The notes beneath the pieces are model-generated. The model ran no database searches, had not been told where the DNA came from, and worked only from the letters and a program-made list of their open reading frames with translations. Both the position numbers and the translations under genes were made by a program. A stretch of 64,000 nt of DNA from an uncultured virus (IMG/VR IMGVR_UViG_3300031834_000003) (lineage: Duplodnaviria > Heunggongvirae > Uroviricota > Caudoviricetes), in IMG/VR virus record IMGVR_UViG_3300031834_000003; one strand, written 5' to 3'. Of this stretch, positions 41,357-51,936 are shown in pieces; positions within the stretch are counted from its first letter, which is position 1; each line of letters begins with the position of its first letter.

Positions 41357-42103
41357 ATGGTTCCGAAATTGCCGTATCCAATCAACATGTCCGGGTGTGC
41401 TATTACTCAACGCTTTGGCGAGCATCCTGAGGATTATGCCCAGTTCAAGATAAAGGGACATAATGGTCTTGACCTCGCTCCCTATGGTGGCTATCGAGGT
41501 CCTGGCATCTCTATTATGGCTACCGATAAAGGGACTGTGAAGTATGTCGGTGATGATAAGGTGGGTTGGGGTAATCATGTGGATATCACCCACTCATGGG
41601 GAATGTCTAGAAGTGCTCACCTCGAGGATGGTTCTATGGTTGTGAGGGTGGGACAGGTTGTTTCTGCTGGGACTGTGTTAGGTATTATGGGTAGTACTGG
41701 TAACTCTAGTGGAGTGCATCTACACTTTGGCATCTATCCCATTGGTGTCTCGAGTGCAAATGGTTATTCTGGCGCTGTAGACCCGCTACCTTACCTATCA
41801 AACGTACCCATAATCCCACCCATAACTCCACCCATAGTTGTACCCGGACCTGTGGTAGTACCACCCTGGCCTGCTGGATACGTGTCTACTCTGAGACCTG
41901 GAGTAGCAAGGGTCACTGCACCATCAGGATTGGCTGTTCGATTGAAACCGGAGAAGGTTGGTTCTCCTCTGGCTTATTTACTTTTTGGTAACCAAATAGT
42001 AATAACGCCTGATACTATTACTACTTCCGATAATATAGTTTGGAGGAAGATTGAAACTTGGGTCGCTGAATGGGATGGAGCAACACAACTTATAAAGAAT
42101 TGA
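41357..42103 (+). CDS. Endolysin: M23 peptidase plus SH3-like cell-wall-binding domain
   Basis: HNGLD, GWGNHV, SAHL, GSTGNSSGVHLHF; Pro-rich linker; GLAVRLKP…W SH3b-like C-terminus. Confidence 0.85.
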   Translation: MVPKLPYPINMSGCAITQRFGEHPEDYAQFKIKGHNGLDLAPYGGYRGPGISIMATDKGTVKYVGDDKVGWGNHVDITHSWGMSRSAHLEDGSMVVRVGQVVSAGTVLGIMGSTGNSSGVHLHFGIYPIGVSSANGYSGAVDPLPYLSNVPIIPPITPPIVVPGPVVVPPWPAGYVSTLRPGVARVTAPSGLAVRLKPEKVGSPLAYLLFGNQIVITPDTITTSDNIVWRKIETWVAEWDGATQLIKN

Positions 42104-42110
42104 GGATGAG

Positions 42111-42656
42111 ATGACTATGGATGCTGTTACAACGTTCTTAGTAGTTATAGCGATTATGCTGTTTCTAGCCATTGCTATCTTTGCCTTAGTATTGTACATA
42201 CAGGCAGAGGACAAACGCTTTCAGGGGATAAAAGTTTGGTTCTCGATTACTGGTTGGATAAATGTAATTCTGCTTACTGTTTTTCTATTGGGCTATCGAG
42301 ATAGTGCTCCTCTACGTATGCTTGCTCTTGTTTTAGCAGGGGCATCTATGCTTGCATCTCTATTTGTGAGCAGCGCTCGTATGCTGTATGAGAAGGGCGA
42401 GAGAGAATTAGTCCATGAGAAGGCTGACTTGCTTGTCTATAAGATTATGAATGGCAAGGGCGAGAAGGGTGAGCCGGGTATACAAGGTCTAACAGGTATC
42501 GGACAGCGAGGTAGGAAGGGTCAGACTGGTCCTTTAGGTCCGAGAGGTGAACGAGGTGATAGAGGTGCTAAGGGTGAGGCAGGTGACCAAGGTGAGCGTG
42601 GAGACCGTGGAGAGAGAGGTGAGCGCGGTCCTGAGGGTGAAGGGTATGAACATTGA
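42111..42656 (+). CDS. Three-TM membrane protein with collagen-like tail (holin candidate)
   Basis: Three hydrophobic segments followed by about 20 Gly-X-Y triplets. Confidence 0.55.
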   Translation: MTMDAVTTFLVVIAIMLFLAIAIFALVLYIQAEDKRFQGIKVWFSITGWINVILLTVFLLGYRDSAPLRMLALVLAGASMLASLFVSSARMLYEKGERELVHEKADLLVYKIMNGKGEKGEPGIQGLTGIGQRGRKGQTGPLGPRGERGDRGAKGEAGDQGERGDRGERGERGPEGEGYEH

Positions 42657-43101
42657 TGCGACTGTTGCTGTAATTGGTGCTGTAGTTGCTATCCTCGGTA
42701 GTTTGATAACAGGAATAGCAACCTATATAACTACTCGCTCGGGTATTAGAAACGAGGCAGAACGGATTAGGTTGGAGAAGTCCCGTCTTGGTATAGAGAC
42801 TACCCGTTCTGGTTCTGATGTAGCTACTCAACTAACAGATATCAGTTTGCGTCAACTTACTCTAATTCAAGAGTCCTATGTCCAGTCTATGACTGTTCGT
42901 AGGACCCTTGAGGAAGAGAATTCTACCTTGCGTTTAGCTATTGAAAACCTGCGAGTAAACCGTCAGGCTGTTCTGGCAAAACTGAAGTTGCTTATGAAGG
43001 ACCATGAGAAGAGGCTTAAGCTTAGTGAGCCTCTCTGTCCATTCTTCGAGAGTATTCAAGAGATGTTGATGGAGTTACAGGTACTACTGGAGCAGCAATA
43101 A
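42646..43101 (+). CDS. Membrane-anchored coiled-coil protein (lysis-module accessory)
   Basis: Likely ATG at 42646; N-terminal TM segment then coiled coil. Confidence 0.5.
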   Translation: MNIDATVAVIGAVVAILGSLITGIATYITTRSGIRNEAERIRLEKSRLGIETTRSGSDVATQLTDISLRQLTLIQESYVQSMTVRRTLEEENSTLRLAIENLRVNRQAVLAKLKLLMKDHEKRLKLSEPLCPFFESIQEMLMELQVLLEQQ

Positions 43102-43119
43102 TTCTTGTGCAAGAAAAGT

Positions 43120-43158
43120 GAAACTCCCGACTGGTTGGATAGTAAAGCCGGGAGTTTC
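43120..43158. terminator. Hairpin at the convergence of late (+) and early (-) regions
   Basis: GAAACTCCCG…CGGGAGTTTC inverted repeat. Confidence 0.55.
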
Positions 43159-43462
43159 TATTTCCTTAGGGCAATCAATTCTTCTTTAGTGAGATACTCG
43201 AGCTTCCAAAGTGCACCACCTCCTAGCTTTTCTTCAGGTGTCGGACGTCTGCTAACTGCATACAGTTCTACTCCGTCAACCGGAGTCTTGAACTGGACTA
43301 TTATCTTCCCGAATACCGGATGAATTAGCTCTTCGAGAAATAAGGGAGACCGCTGGTACCGCAGGCCACTTCTGCTTATGTCCGCAGGGACAGATGTAAT
43401 TACTTTCTTTGACCTCGCCATAATCCCATTCCATACATGCTGGACACCAGCTAAAAGTTATG

Positions 43463-44197
43463 TTAGGTTCCTGAGTCATCCAGCACCTCCGGTGGTACAA
43501 GTACAGTCTCTTCTTGAGGTGGTGGGGGTGCCTTCTCATCCTCACTTAGGTTGTCCCAGTTAGTTGGCTTATCAATATAACTAAGTAATTTAGTTAATGT
43601 GAAGGCTGGTATCCTGGGAGGAAAGAAAGGAAGTCGGGCGCCATCAATGATAGCATCCGGTATTTTCTGGTTTGGTTGACGAACTAAACGGATGCTAGTT
43701 CCTGCTAACTCGATGATAGCAGGATTACAGCGAGGGGAATAGAAGTGAGTTGGATACTCTCGCTCATGAGCAGTCATCAGTAACAGGTCACAATGACTTT
43801 GCATATTAATACATAGAGCACGAATGTAATCTCGTACTCTACCCCACACAATTTGGGATATCTTCTCACTTCCTGGTTTGCCAAACTCTCTGTTCTTTAT
43901 CCACTCGGCAAATTGTCCTACTGTATCTAGACAGATAGTGCCGTAATGAATTTTAGGGTCAGCGAAGATACGTGCCGTTTCTTTATTTGCATCTTCGAGT
44001 TGTGTACAGTGAGCTCGGGTGAAGGGTGCTGGAAAGTACTTCTCTTTAATCAGCCGGTCCATAAACTTCTCGTACTCGAGTGAGGAACCTTCTACGTCAA
44101 TCATGTGAACCGGTTGGTACGGGCTGTTGAGTGCAGCCAGAGTCTTACCAGCACCTTTCTTTCCCCATATGATAGTCAATCCTAACAGTTTGTCCAT
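43463..44197 (-). CDS. AAA_24/Sak4-like P-loop ATPase
   Basis: WGKKGAGKT, IDVEGS, ICLDT, MTAHE. Confidence 0.7.
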   Translation of the reverse strand: MDKLLGLTIIWGKKGAGKTLAALNSPYQPVHMIDVEGSSLEYEKFMDRLIKEKYFPAPFTRAHCTQLEDANKETARIFADPKIHYGTICLDTVGQFAEWIKNREFGKPGSEKISQIVWGRVRDYIRALCINMQSHCDLLLMTAHEREYPTHFYSPRCNPAIIELAGTSIRLVRQPNQKIPDAIIDGARLPFFPPRIPAFTLTKLLSYIDKPTNWDNLSEDEKAPPPPQEETVLVPPEVLDDSGT

Positions 44198-44228
44198 GTG
44201 TGTCTCCTATGCTTAGATTCTATCATGG

Positions 44229-45026
44229 TTACCTCGGTCTGTAGTGTGAGCAGCAAGAGCAAGAGCAGAAACCACAATAGTAATCTGGCTCGGGCTCGGG
44301 TGGTATCTTATTTTCGAGACAGGATAGCAGTGCATCCCTGCGAAGATTTATCTTTTCCAGATAGGTGTCTCTGTCATAGACAGGTGCTTCTACTATAGCT
44401 ACTCCTAGATGTTGTCGCTTATCTACGTAGTGACAGATAGGGCATTGCACTACTCCCTCCTGCATCTGCATCATGACACCGCAGGAACGACAGGTCGGGG
44501 GTCCAGTCACATCGATGTATTGTAGGAACATCTTCTCTAATGCATAGCCTTCCTCGTTGAGTAAGTTCTTGTACACGTTCATCTGTGCAACATCTTCCTT
44601 ACGAGGTAGGTTAGTTACATCCTTTATCCAGCGAGTTGTCTTGAAATCAAACAGGTCTCCATTGTCTAGGACATCAACACGAAAGTCTAGTCCCATGGCA
44701 TTGTGTCCTTGCTCAACAACCTCTGGGTCATTAGCTTGTGCGATGTAATAATGCAGGGCTATACCAATCCAGAGTTTGAAATACTCGTGTACCTTTACTG
44801 GGCATGGGTCTACTTTGCTGTAGTATCTGGCGAGTAGGCAACCACTTAAGTCTGAGGCGTGTAACTCTTTGCGCCTGTCTTCTATTCCCATAAAGATAGA
44901 GCGGAGTAGATAGGATGAGTATCCGCAGGGTGGTTGGTTTCTATGTTCTAGAGAACACGAAATACATTGGTCGGTGGTGATTGGATAGGTACTTGGATAT
45001 AACTCTCCCGAACAAAGAATTTTCAC
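44229..45026 (-). CDS. Cas4-like PD-(D/E)XK exonuclease
   Basis: HASDLSGC, GIALH, RVD…DFKTT, QMNVY, and C-terminal CGFC..C cysteines. Confidence 0.75.
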   Translation of the reverse strand: MKILCSGELYPSTYPITTDQCISCSLEHRNQPPCGYSSYLLRSIFMGIEDRRKELHASDLSGCLLARYYSKVDPCPVKVHEYFKLWIGIALHYYIAQANDPEVVEQGHNAMGLDFRVDVLDNGDLFDFKTTRWIKDVTNLPRKEDVAQMNVYKNLLNEEGYALEKMFLQYIDVTGPPTCRSCGVMMQMQEGVVQCPICHYVDKRQHLGVAIVEAPVYDRDTYLEKINLRRDALLSCLENKIPPEPEPDYYCGFCSCSCCSHYRPR

Positions 45027-45238
45027 AATACCCTCAATGTCCTTGCTTTGCGAGGTTCTCGTTTGACTAGACCTTCTTCCTCCAGGTCTTTGACGTACTT
45101 GAATACTGCACTTACTGAACCAAAGCCTAGGTCATCTTTGATATCAACAAGTGAGGGAGGGTATCCGTGTTCTTTGGTATAGTTCTTGATGTAGATTACA
45201 ACCTTATCCTGCATCTTCATCCTCCATTCTAGAGTCAT
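45023..45238 (-). CDS. Stand-alone LexA-type winged-HTH DNA-binding protein
   Basis: GYPPSLVDIKDDLGFGSVSAV…LEEEGLVKREPRKARTL; no peptidase domain. Confidence 0.8.
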   Translation of the reverse strand: MTLEWRMKMQDKVVIYIKNYTKEHGYPPSLVDIKDDLGFGSVSAVFKYVKDLEEEGLVKREPRKARTLRVL

Positions 45239-45593
45239 AGACCTCGACGCATACTTCTCGCTTTACCAGACGATAGTAGCGGTTGTCATCTGGTTTTATA
45301 GATAGCAGAAATTTTGCATAAGCATCAACTGATTTCTTTCTTGCTATCTCAATCTCTTCTGGAGTATTACCCTGTTGCCGGTCAAAGGTCTTCCAAGCTC
45401 TTTCCTTGGGTGTGGACTGTAGTTCAAAGAAAGTAGTTGTACTAGTAGTTGTGCTTGGACCTTGTTCGAGAGCCTCGATTTCATCGTCTAGCTCTATAAG
45501 AGTCGTAGCATCGAATCTTCCTACTACATCTCTTACAAGTCCTTCCTTTTTAAGAAGCTCAATCATTTCATGAAAATCAGATATTCTACTCAT
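45204..45593 (-). CDS. Hypothetical protein
   Basis: Part of a chain of overlapping - strand genes. Confidence 0.5.
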   Translation of the reverse strand: MSRISDFHEMIELLKKEGLVRDVVGRFDATTLIELDDEIEALEQGPSTTTSTTTFFELQSTPKERAWKTFDRQQGNTPEEIEIARKKSVDAYAKFLLSIKPDDNRYYRLVKREVCVEVYDSRMEDEDAG

Positions 45594-45822
45594 TGGAAAA
45601 TCCTTCCTCTATAACTGTTATCTGGGTTACTCGCATGATGATGCGAAAGTATTGAGGGAAGTGGTGTTCTTTTACCAGTCGCCTAAATTCTGCGAGGGCT
45701 TTGTCCGATGCACTTTCTATACTTGGAACCGTATCACCCTTCCATGACTCATACGTTTCCCAGTTCTTTTGAGCCGGTGTACGGGACTGAATTTCATATG
45801 TTACAACTGTTGGTTCAGTCAT
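45586..45822 (-). CDS. Hypothetical protein
   Basis: Coupled ORF with RBS; C-terminus resembles that of 45204-45593 (YFRIIMRV vs YYRLVKRE). Confidence 0.5.
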   Translation of the reverse strand: MTEPTVVTYEIQSRTPAQKNWETYESWKGDTVPSIESASDKALAEFRRLVKEHHFPQYFRIIMRVTQITVIEEGFSNE

Positions 45823-46082
45823 TTACTTCGTCCTCTCGATACAGATAGGCTTGCTTGTCAAGCTTGATGAAAGGCCACTTTGGGCTGATAAGAATATACC
45901 AGTCTTCCATCAGTTCAATGGTAGTGTAGCCATTGAGGGTGGTGACCTTGATTATTGGGCGATAGAGAGCCTCGTAGGTTCCTTGGTGTAGCTCAATTCC
46001 CCAGAGATAGAACCATCCCACTCTTTGTGATACTGGTCTAATATGTCCATTGCTAATTACTCTAATCTTTGGCATTGCTCTC

Positions 46083-47621
46083 CTAGTAGGGCGGTTTGTA
46101 TTTCTTGTACTTGTTTTTGTTATCTTCTTTCTCTTTCCTTTTAGCATCCCTGACAGCTTCAGATTTTGGTCTACCACCCGTGAATACTCCAGTTGGTACA
46201 GAGATAGTTACTTCTCGATTTCCAGCACTAGAATTAATCTCTTGGTGACTCTCTGGTTTTGCCCAATCCATATCTAATGGGTCAAATCTGTTGAATGCTC
46301 TGCGCCATGCGATGTCATCTGTTATGCCTGTTGTACCACCTGAGGATTTAGCTATGACTAGCTTGATTACATACGCTCCCCAGTCTTCTTCGGGAAGTAA
46401 TCCACCCATGCGGTTCAGGTTCTCTGGGAATTTCTTAGCTTTGCTTTCTGGCATTGGTTGTCGCCAGATTAGAATGCCCATTGAGGCTGCTCGGGCACCA
46501 GCATAGAGTAAGTCATCCATGCCAGGTCTGCGTGTACTGGTCTTGCTTTCCTCTTTGCTCTTCTTTCTGAACTGATGCGCTGCCATCACTGGAATTTGCA
46601 GATGACCTGCCATGCCTCGTAAGGCATAGGTTACTGTCTCAATCTCGCCAACTTCATTCTTATCAACCAAGTTTTGTATCTGGTCTATCTGAACCAGCGT
46701 AAGCCCTTTATATCTACGGGCTGTTTGCTTGGCAATCATCTCCATCTTTCTTACCGAGGTGATTGGTTCGATAATCCAAGGGATGTGCAGTAGCACATCG
46801 TTTAGCTCGTTGAAACGTTCCCACTCTTCATCTGTCATCTTCTTTGGGTTCTTCAAACTTGTAGTATTCAGATGAAGTCCTTCAAATTGCTTGAGGGTAG
46901 AGAGATAGGCTATACAGTAGCGTTTGTACCACTCTGTATTGCCTTCTCCATCGAAAGTTAGCACTGGGTCTCCAGCTAAGGCTGTGTTGATTGCCTCGGC
47001 TCTGAGGATGGATGATTTGCCGCCACCTGTGTCTCCAGCTACGACTATAAATTCGGCTCGGTCTACCATGCCAATCTTGCTGGCAAGTGAAGGGATAGTA
47101 GGCAACCAGTTGGTTGACTTTTCTCCCCTCCTAAGACTAGCCATGCGCTCAGCATACTTGGGGTCAATAGTTCCGATGGTAAGCTGCTTAGCTGCATTGC
47201 GATGGGTGTTATCCAACTCATCTATATACTTCTCGATGAGGTTGTCGGCTGGAGTACCGTTGAGTGCATCATTTCTTAGATGACCTGCGATGTCCTGGAG
47301 CTTTAGATGCATCGAGTTATCCACCACTTTTTCTACAGCCTGGGCGAATAGCTTTTCATCTGCGGATATCAGCACATCGACATAGAATTCCTCTCCCCTG
47401 AGGTCTCCTTCTCCAAGTGTATTGAGTATGTCTTGCTCTCGCAAGCTCTCGAGTACTGCTCGGTCAGTGAGGATATCCTTATCATAGTGCTTGCCTATCT
47501 CAATCCAGATAGGACGTAGGTTTGGAGGCAAGTCAGTTATGATTACCTGTTGTGCCTCCAACCAGTATTCTGGATTGAGTAGGATTGTTCCTACAATTCG
47601 TTTAGGATAGATGGATTCCAT
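46083..47621 (-). CDS. DnaB-like (SF4) replicative helicase
   Basis: AGDTGGGKS Walker A, IDQIQ, IPVMAAHQFRK, IAKSSGG. Confidence 0.8.
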   Translation of the reverse strand: MESIYPKRIVGTILLNPEYWLEAQQVIITDLPPNLRPIWIEIGKHYDKDILTDRAVLESLREQDILNTLGEGDLRGEEFYVDVLISADEKLFAQAVEKVVDNSMHLKLQDIAGHLRNDALNGTPADNLIEKYIDELDNTHRNAAKQLTIGTIDPKYAERMASLRRGEKSTNWLPTIPSLASKIGMVDRAEFIVVAGDTGGGKSSILRAEAINTALAGDPVLTFDGEGNTEWYKRYCIAYLSTLKQFEGLHLNTTSLKNPKKMTDEEWERFNELNDVLLHIPWIIEPITSVRKMEMIAKQTARRYKGLTLVQIDQIQNLVDKNEVGEIETVTYALRGMAGHLQIPVMAAHQFRKKSKEESKTSTRRPGMDDLLYAGARAASMGILIWRQPMPESKAKKFPENLNRMGGLLPEEDWGAYVIKLVIAKSSGGTTGITDDIAWRRAFNRFDPLDMDWAKPESHQEINSSAGNREVTISVPTGVFTGGRPKSEAVRDAKRKEKEDNKNKYKKYKPPY

Positions 47622-48468
47622 TTCTCATCGTCTCAATAAACTTCAGTAGGTTCTGGATTGGCTTGTATGCTTTGGGATTGTCTCCATGCATAACGAAATC
47701 AATAGTGCAATGCTTGGTTAGTACTGGTAGAAGACCGTTTATCCCATCGTTATTAGCCTCGATAAGTAAGAAACTATCCCCATTCTTGCGGATAACTATG
47801 CATTGGGGTTTCTCTTCTACTTCCTCCTTGCTATTCTCCGGGGAGTATGGGTCAAGGCTTTTGTAAAAGCTATGCCAGCTATCATCCATGGTAGTCATAA
47901 TCTTATCTACCATGTTGGTTTGAATTTCATCCTCGGTTAGTTTCTTACCTTGTGACTTCGCAATCTTGGTAACATCATCACGTATCTGGTCATAGCGTTT
48001 ATTAATGCGCTCTGAATCAGTGAAGTTCTTTGCAGCAATCCGTCTGAGAATTGGGATAGCCAGACGTAGGTTGCTACCCTTCTTGTATAGCAGGTCCTCG
48101 ACTGAGTAACCAGTCTTGACTAAGAGTGGAACAACATCCTCCCAGAGTGTCTTGATATTTGAGTACTCTGTTGGCGTGATGTTCGCTTCAACTTCAGCTG
48201 CTTGCTCGGGTGTCTTGTAGCCCTCGAGGGTTGACCATAAGGCGTGTTCTTCAATTGCATGGATGACAATAGCCTTTGTGATAAAGGACATCGTATCAAA
48301 GCGCTTCAAGAGGTTGAGCTCTCGATAACGGATGTGAGCTAAGCGCTCTGGTCCAGTTAGGGTGCCCTCATTATCAATCTGGGACTGGGCTACCTTGTAA
48401 ATCTTCTCCTCAATGTCAAAGACGTTGAGTTCACTCAGTGGTACTGTCAGTGCTTTCACTACGTCCAT
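47602..48468 (-). CDS. Hypothetical protein
   Basis: 288 aa, coupled to the helicase gene. Confidence 0.6.
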   Translation of the reverse strand: MDVVKALTVPLSELNVFDIEEKIYKVAQSQIDNEGTLTGPERLAHIRYRELNLLKRFDTMSFITKAIVIHAIEEHALWSTLEGYKTPEQAAEVEANITPTEYSNIKTLWEDVVPLLVKTGYSVEDLLYKKGSNLRLAIPILRRIAAKNFTDSERINKRYDQIRDDVTKIAKSQGKKLTEDEIQTNMVDKIMTTMDDSWHSFYKSLDPYSPENSKEEVEEKPQCIVIRKNGDSFLLIEANNDGINGLLPVLTKHCTIDFVMHGDNPKAYKPIQNLLKFIETMRNGIHLS

Positions 48469-48988
48469 TTTTCATCTCCTGTATTACTTTTGCTGTTGAG
48501 AATTCTAACCATACTCCTGTTCTGGTGAAGTCGGCTAGTGGTACACAAACACCCCACGAGTTATAGGTAGCATTCTTAGCTGGTCTCTTTTCGTAAATTC
48601 CCTGCTCCATTTTAGGTAGCCATTCTTCTACAAGCCGTATCTTTATAGTTACGGCATTCATTAGCCAGCCTCTCATCTCTTGTGGGATGTAGTATGCTAT
48701 ATATTGTGCTCTACAACTTAGTCCCCAACCTAGCTTCTTTGTCTTGTCATTAGCTTCGTACTCTACGAAGGCATTCCCTGTGTCGTGAGCTCTCTCATCA
48801 CACTTGTACTCAATGCCGAATACTCCGTTGTACTTTTTATTGACGAAGTATCTATCGATACCAATCAAATCTACCTCACGTGGAACCTTCTTATCTACCC
48901 AGAATATAGGTTCAAAGTAAGCATCAATAGCGGCATTTGGTTCGATTGTCTTTGCTAGTTTCTCGTTGAAGTCATGTACCTTTGGCAT
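48431..48988 (-). CDS. PD-(D/E)XK nuclease-fold protein
   Basis: GID…IEYKCD…TGNAFVE…GW pattern. Confidence 0.65.
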   Translation of the reverse strand: MPKVHDFNEKLAKTIEPNAAIDAYFEPIFWVDKKVPREVDLIGIDRYFVNKKYNGVFGIEYKCDERAHDTGNAFVEYEANDKTKKLGWGLSCRAQYIAYYIPQEMRGWLMNAVTIKIRLVEEWLPKMEQGIYEKRPAKNATYNSWGVCVPLADFTRTGVWLEFSTAKVIQEMKNGRSESTDSTTE

Positions 48989-49463
48989 TTTCTCTCCATT
49001 GTATACGTGCTCGAAGTTTATCTCTGTCTTTGTAATGAATAAGGAATACAGACCGTATTAATCGAGTTCCTGGTCTATGTAGAACCAAAGCTGGAATCAA
49101 ATCTAGCTCGGGATGCTCGAGACAATGGTCTTCCATGTGTCTCCACCATCTTTCTATCTGGATAGAAGAATAGTTTAGTTTGATAGGTTGTATATCGGTG
49201 AGGAATAAATCTTCCAGGTTATCAATTCTAGTAGTTAGAAAATTCTTGTACTGGAAAATTATGTACTGTGAAATTGAGTAAATCTTTGGAATGGATTGTC
49301 GGTGCTTTACATCGATGCATAACCCCAACTCGTTGGTATAAATATCTTCCCCGCTTCTACCATTGACTGGCTTACGTTGTACAGGACTTAGATTGTGCCG
49401 CTCGAAGAAGAGATTCAATTCTCTTGCAATCGAGAGCTCAACATTCTTCCAGGTCGAAATCAT
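48972..49463 (-). CDS. Holliday-junction-resolvase-like PD-(D/E)XK protein
   Basis: WKNVELSIA…GRSGEDI…IDVKHR. Confidence 0.55.
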   Translation of the reverse strand: MISTWKNVELSIARELNLFFERHNLSPVQRKPVNGRSGEDIYTNELGLCIDVKHRQSIPKIYSISQYIIFQYKNFLTTRIDNLEDLFLTDIQPIKLNYSSIQIERWWRHMEDHCLEHPELDLIPALVLHRPGTRLIRSVFLIHYKDRDKLRARIQWRENAKGT

Positions 49464-49957
49464 TATTCTTTCCAGACTTGATTGTTTATTATTTTGCCAA
49501 ATTCTGACCTGCTAATTCCATATTTCATAGCAGATATATACATTGGCTCTACACCAGGAACATAGTCCGCGCGCATTTCATGTACTAGTTTCCAGGTTAG
49601 TTTAGCAAGTCCATTATCTTCCCCGCGGCATACTGTTTGCTCTGGTGATGCCATTCTTCCTTTGCGAATCATATCTCGCATATTATCAAGAGGTGTTCCA
49701 AGAAATAAATGGTTGGGATTACAGCAGGGTCGATTATCACAAGTATGAAGTACTTGTAATTCATCTGGAATTTCTCCGTATGTAAGTACCCAAGTAGTAC
49801 GATGTGCTTTTATTGTTGTGTTATGGATGTTAGCAAATCCCCCATATCCATCTTTATCTTTCCAGCCTTGCCACTCCCAACAGTCATCTGGTCCTAGTAT
49901 TTTTACTTTAGACCAGAATAATTCAACGTTTATAAGAGTAACTAAAGTTGCTGACAT
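49463..49957 (-). CDS. HNH endonuclease (homing-type)
   Basis: CWEWQG…GYG…KAHR…VLHTCDNRPCCNPNHLFLGT…N plus C-terminal HTH. Confidence 0.9.
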   Translation of the reverse strand: MSATLVTLINVELFWSKVKILGPDDCWEWQGWKDKDGYGGFANIHNTTIKAHRTTWVLTYGEIPDELQVLHTCDNRPCCNPNHLFLGTPLDNMRDMIRKGRMASPEQTVCRGEDNGLAKLTWKLVHEMRADYVPGVEPMYISAMKYGISRSEFGKIINNQVWKE

Positions 49958-51006
49958 CTCTCTCTCCTATTAAATTGTAAGTTCCTTATCTTATCACAAA
50001 TACCCTGCTTTGAAGATTAGAAAGAAAAGAATTTCTCAAACCAAAAGAAACATCCACCCTCTAGTGATTGGCTAGAGGGTGTATTCATTACTTGCTGACC
50101 ATTTCCAGTACTTGCTTTTGTTCCTCGTAGGTGGGTGAGCAGATAGCCTCGGTCAAGTCCATGTACCCTGGTAGGTCTGGGTCATCTACGATATCGCTAA
50201 CGCAGAAGACAGTACCATAGTTATTGACCTGGAATGTACGACCATTCTCGAGTGTGTAGATTGGCTTATGCGGAAAGATTAGGTACATTGCTTTTCTCCA
50301 GAGCATCCCGTAACTCTGCACTTGCTTTAGTAATTCTGTGTACAGCCCACTCTTGAGGCACCATTCCCCAGTTCTCTGGGGCAAATCCAGTGTCTAACAA
50401 ACCTCTGGTATTACGTATAGCCTCTTCCAGTTCTACGATGCGAGCTTGCGCTATCTTTGCCGCGTTTACGGTAGATTCCCATAAGTCGCGAGATATAGTT
50501 ACTGATTGGCTTTTCATAGCTTGCGCTCCAGGGCTTCGTCAATCATGTTTAGCATTTCATCGGTCTCTTCTTCTGTGCCAACTTCGGCAAGAATTAAAAC
50601 CCTCAGTCCCTTCAGCGACGCCTCCAACTCTGCGATGCGGGCGATTCTTTCTTCTTCGCTCTTATGATGTTCCCCGTGGTGTTCTACCAAATCGGCAGTA
50701 TCACCTTCCAGCTCTGCGATGCGCTTTTTCATTGCCTCATATTGTGCTGAGGTAATTGTCCACATTCCGGTTCTAATGTCATAACTCATGTCTTTATCTC
50801 CTCGTGCCTTCTGGCATAGAGCGCTGGACTGGTTGTATTAATTGCTCGTAAGGCAATCTCGAGGATTTCTGCATCAGTCCAATCGATATGTGCTACTGAT
50901 AGTAATTCCATAAGAGCGTCCTCGAGTTCCTTCTTGCTCAAGATATTCTCTCCATTCTTGCTGAGAGGAACTACGAGGACAAGCTTATGGTCTGTGAATT
51001 TTACTT

Positions 51007-51936
51007 TCATTCAGTCCATTCCTTTACTAAGTCTTTCATTTCTTTTGGGTTCTCCCGATATGCCTGGTCAAAATCTTTATAGTCCTCAGGTGGATAGACC
51101 ACGATACTATTCTTGATTATCTTGGATTTTGCGAGGGCTGCTGCTTTGCCTGCCTCATCGTTATCAGCCACAATGACTGTCTTTCGGCTAAAGCTGAAGA
51201 TATGTGCGAATTCTGCTATCTTATTCCCCTCACCAGTTGGTGCACACGTGTAGGAGTACACCCTGCGTGCAATAATGGCAGGTATTTCCGACTTTAGCAG
51301 CAATATGGGGCAATCATGCCATAATACTCGCATAGCACCCCACAAGCCTTTCTGTGAGCCCTTTACTGACATGAATCTGAACTGTGTGTTCGGAACGATG
51401 GACCGGAGCTTGATTGCTACCAGTCCTCCCTCATCGTTGATGCTAAAGGTTGGAATAGCCATCCAATTACTTGGACAGAAGATATTGTAGGGTGGTTCCT
51501 TCATCCATGGTTTGGGAGTACCAATCTTGAATTCATCAATCTGGTCTCGAGTTATCCCTCGTGATAGTGCATATAGGATTGTCTTAGGCGAGGGTGGGAG
51601 CATATCATCTACCAGCCAGTTAGGTAACTCTGGGATAGGAGGTGGTGCTTCGACTGGTGCCGCAATGTAGTTGCCATCTAGAATTTCAGCTGCTCGTCTC
51701 CGTTGGTCCCAGTTTGTCCTATCATAGCCATTGATTTGTAGTCTGCCTACTAAATCAATCACATCTCCACTACCACAATGACTGTGGCATTTCCACCATT
51801 CTTTGCCACGGAAGTAATAGACTGAGAAGGATGCATGTCTTTCGCTATGCAGTGGGCATAGTCCATAGTGGCGATTATCAGGCCAGCCAATGACTGAGCG
51901 AATGCTATGACTGTCGATAACGTCTACTATTCGCAT
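51007..51936 (-). CDS. DNA primase (CHC2 zinc finger plus Toprim)
   Basis: CPLHSERHASF…WKCHSHCGSGDVI; VADNDEAG; KDFD. Confidence 0.85.
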   Translation of the reverse strand: MRIVDVIDSHSIRSVIGWPDNRHYGLCPLHSERHASFSVYYFRGKEWWKCHSHCGSGDVIDLVGRLQINGYDRTNWDQRRRAAEILDGNYIAAPVEAPPPIPELPNWLVDDMLPPSPKTILYALSRGITRDQIDEFKIGTPKPWMKEPPYNIFCPSNWMAIPTFSINDEGGLVAIKLRSIVPNTQFRFMSVKGSQKGLWGAMRVLWHDCPILLLKSEIPAIIARRVYSYTCAPTGEGNKIAEFAHIFSFSRKTVIVADNDEAGKAAALAKSKIIKNSIVVYPPEDYKDFDQAYRENPKEMKDLVKEWTE

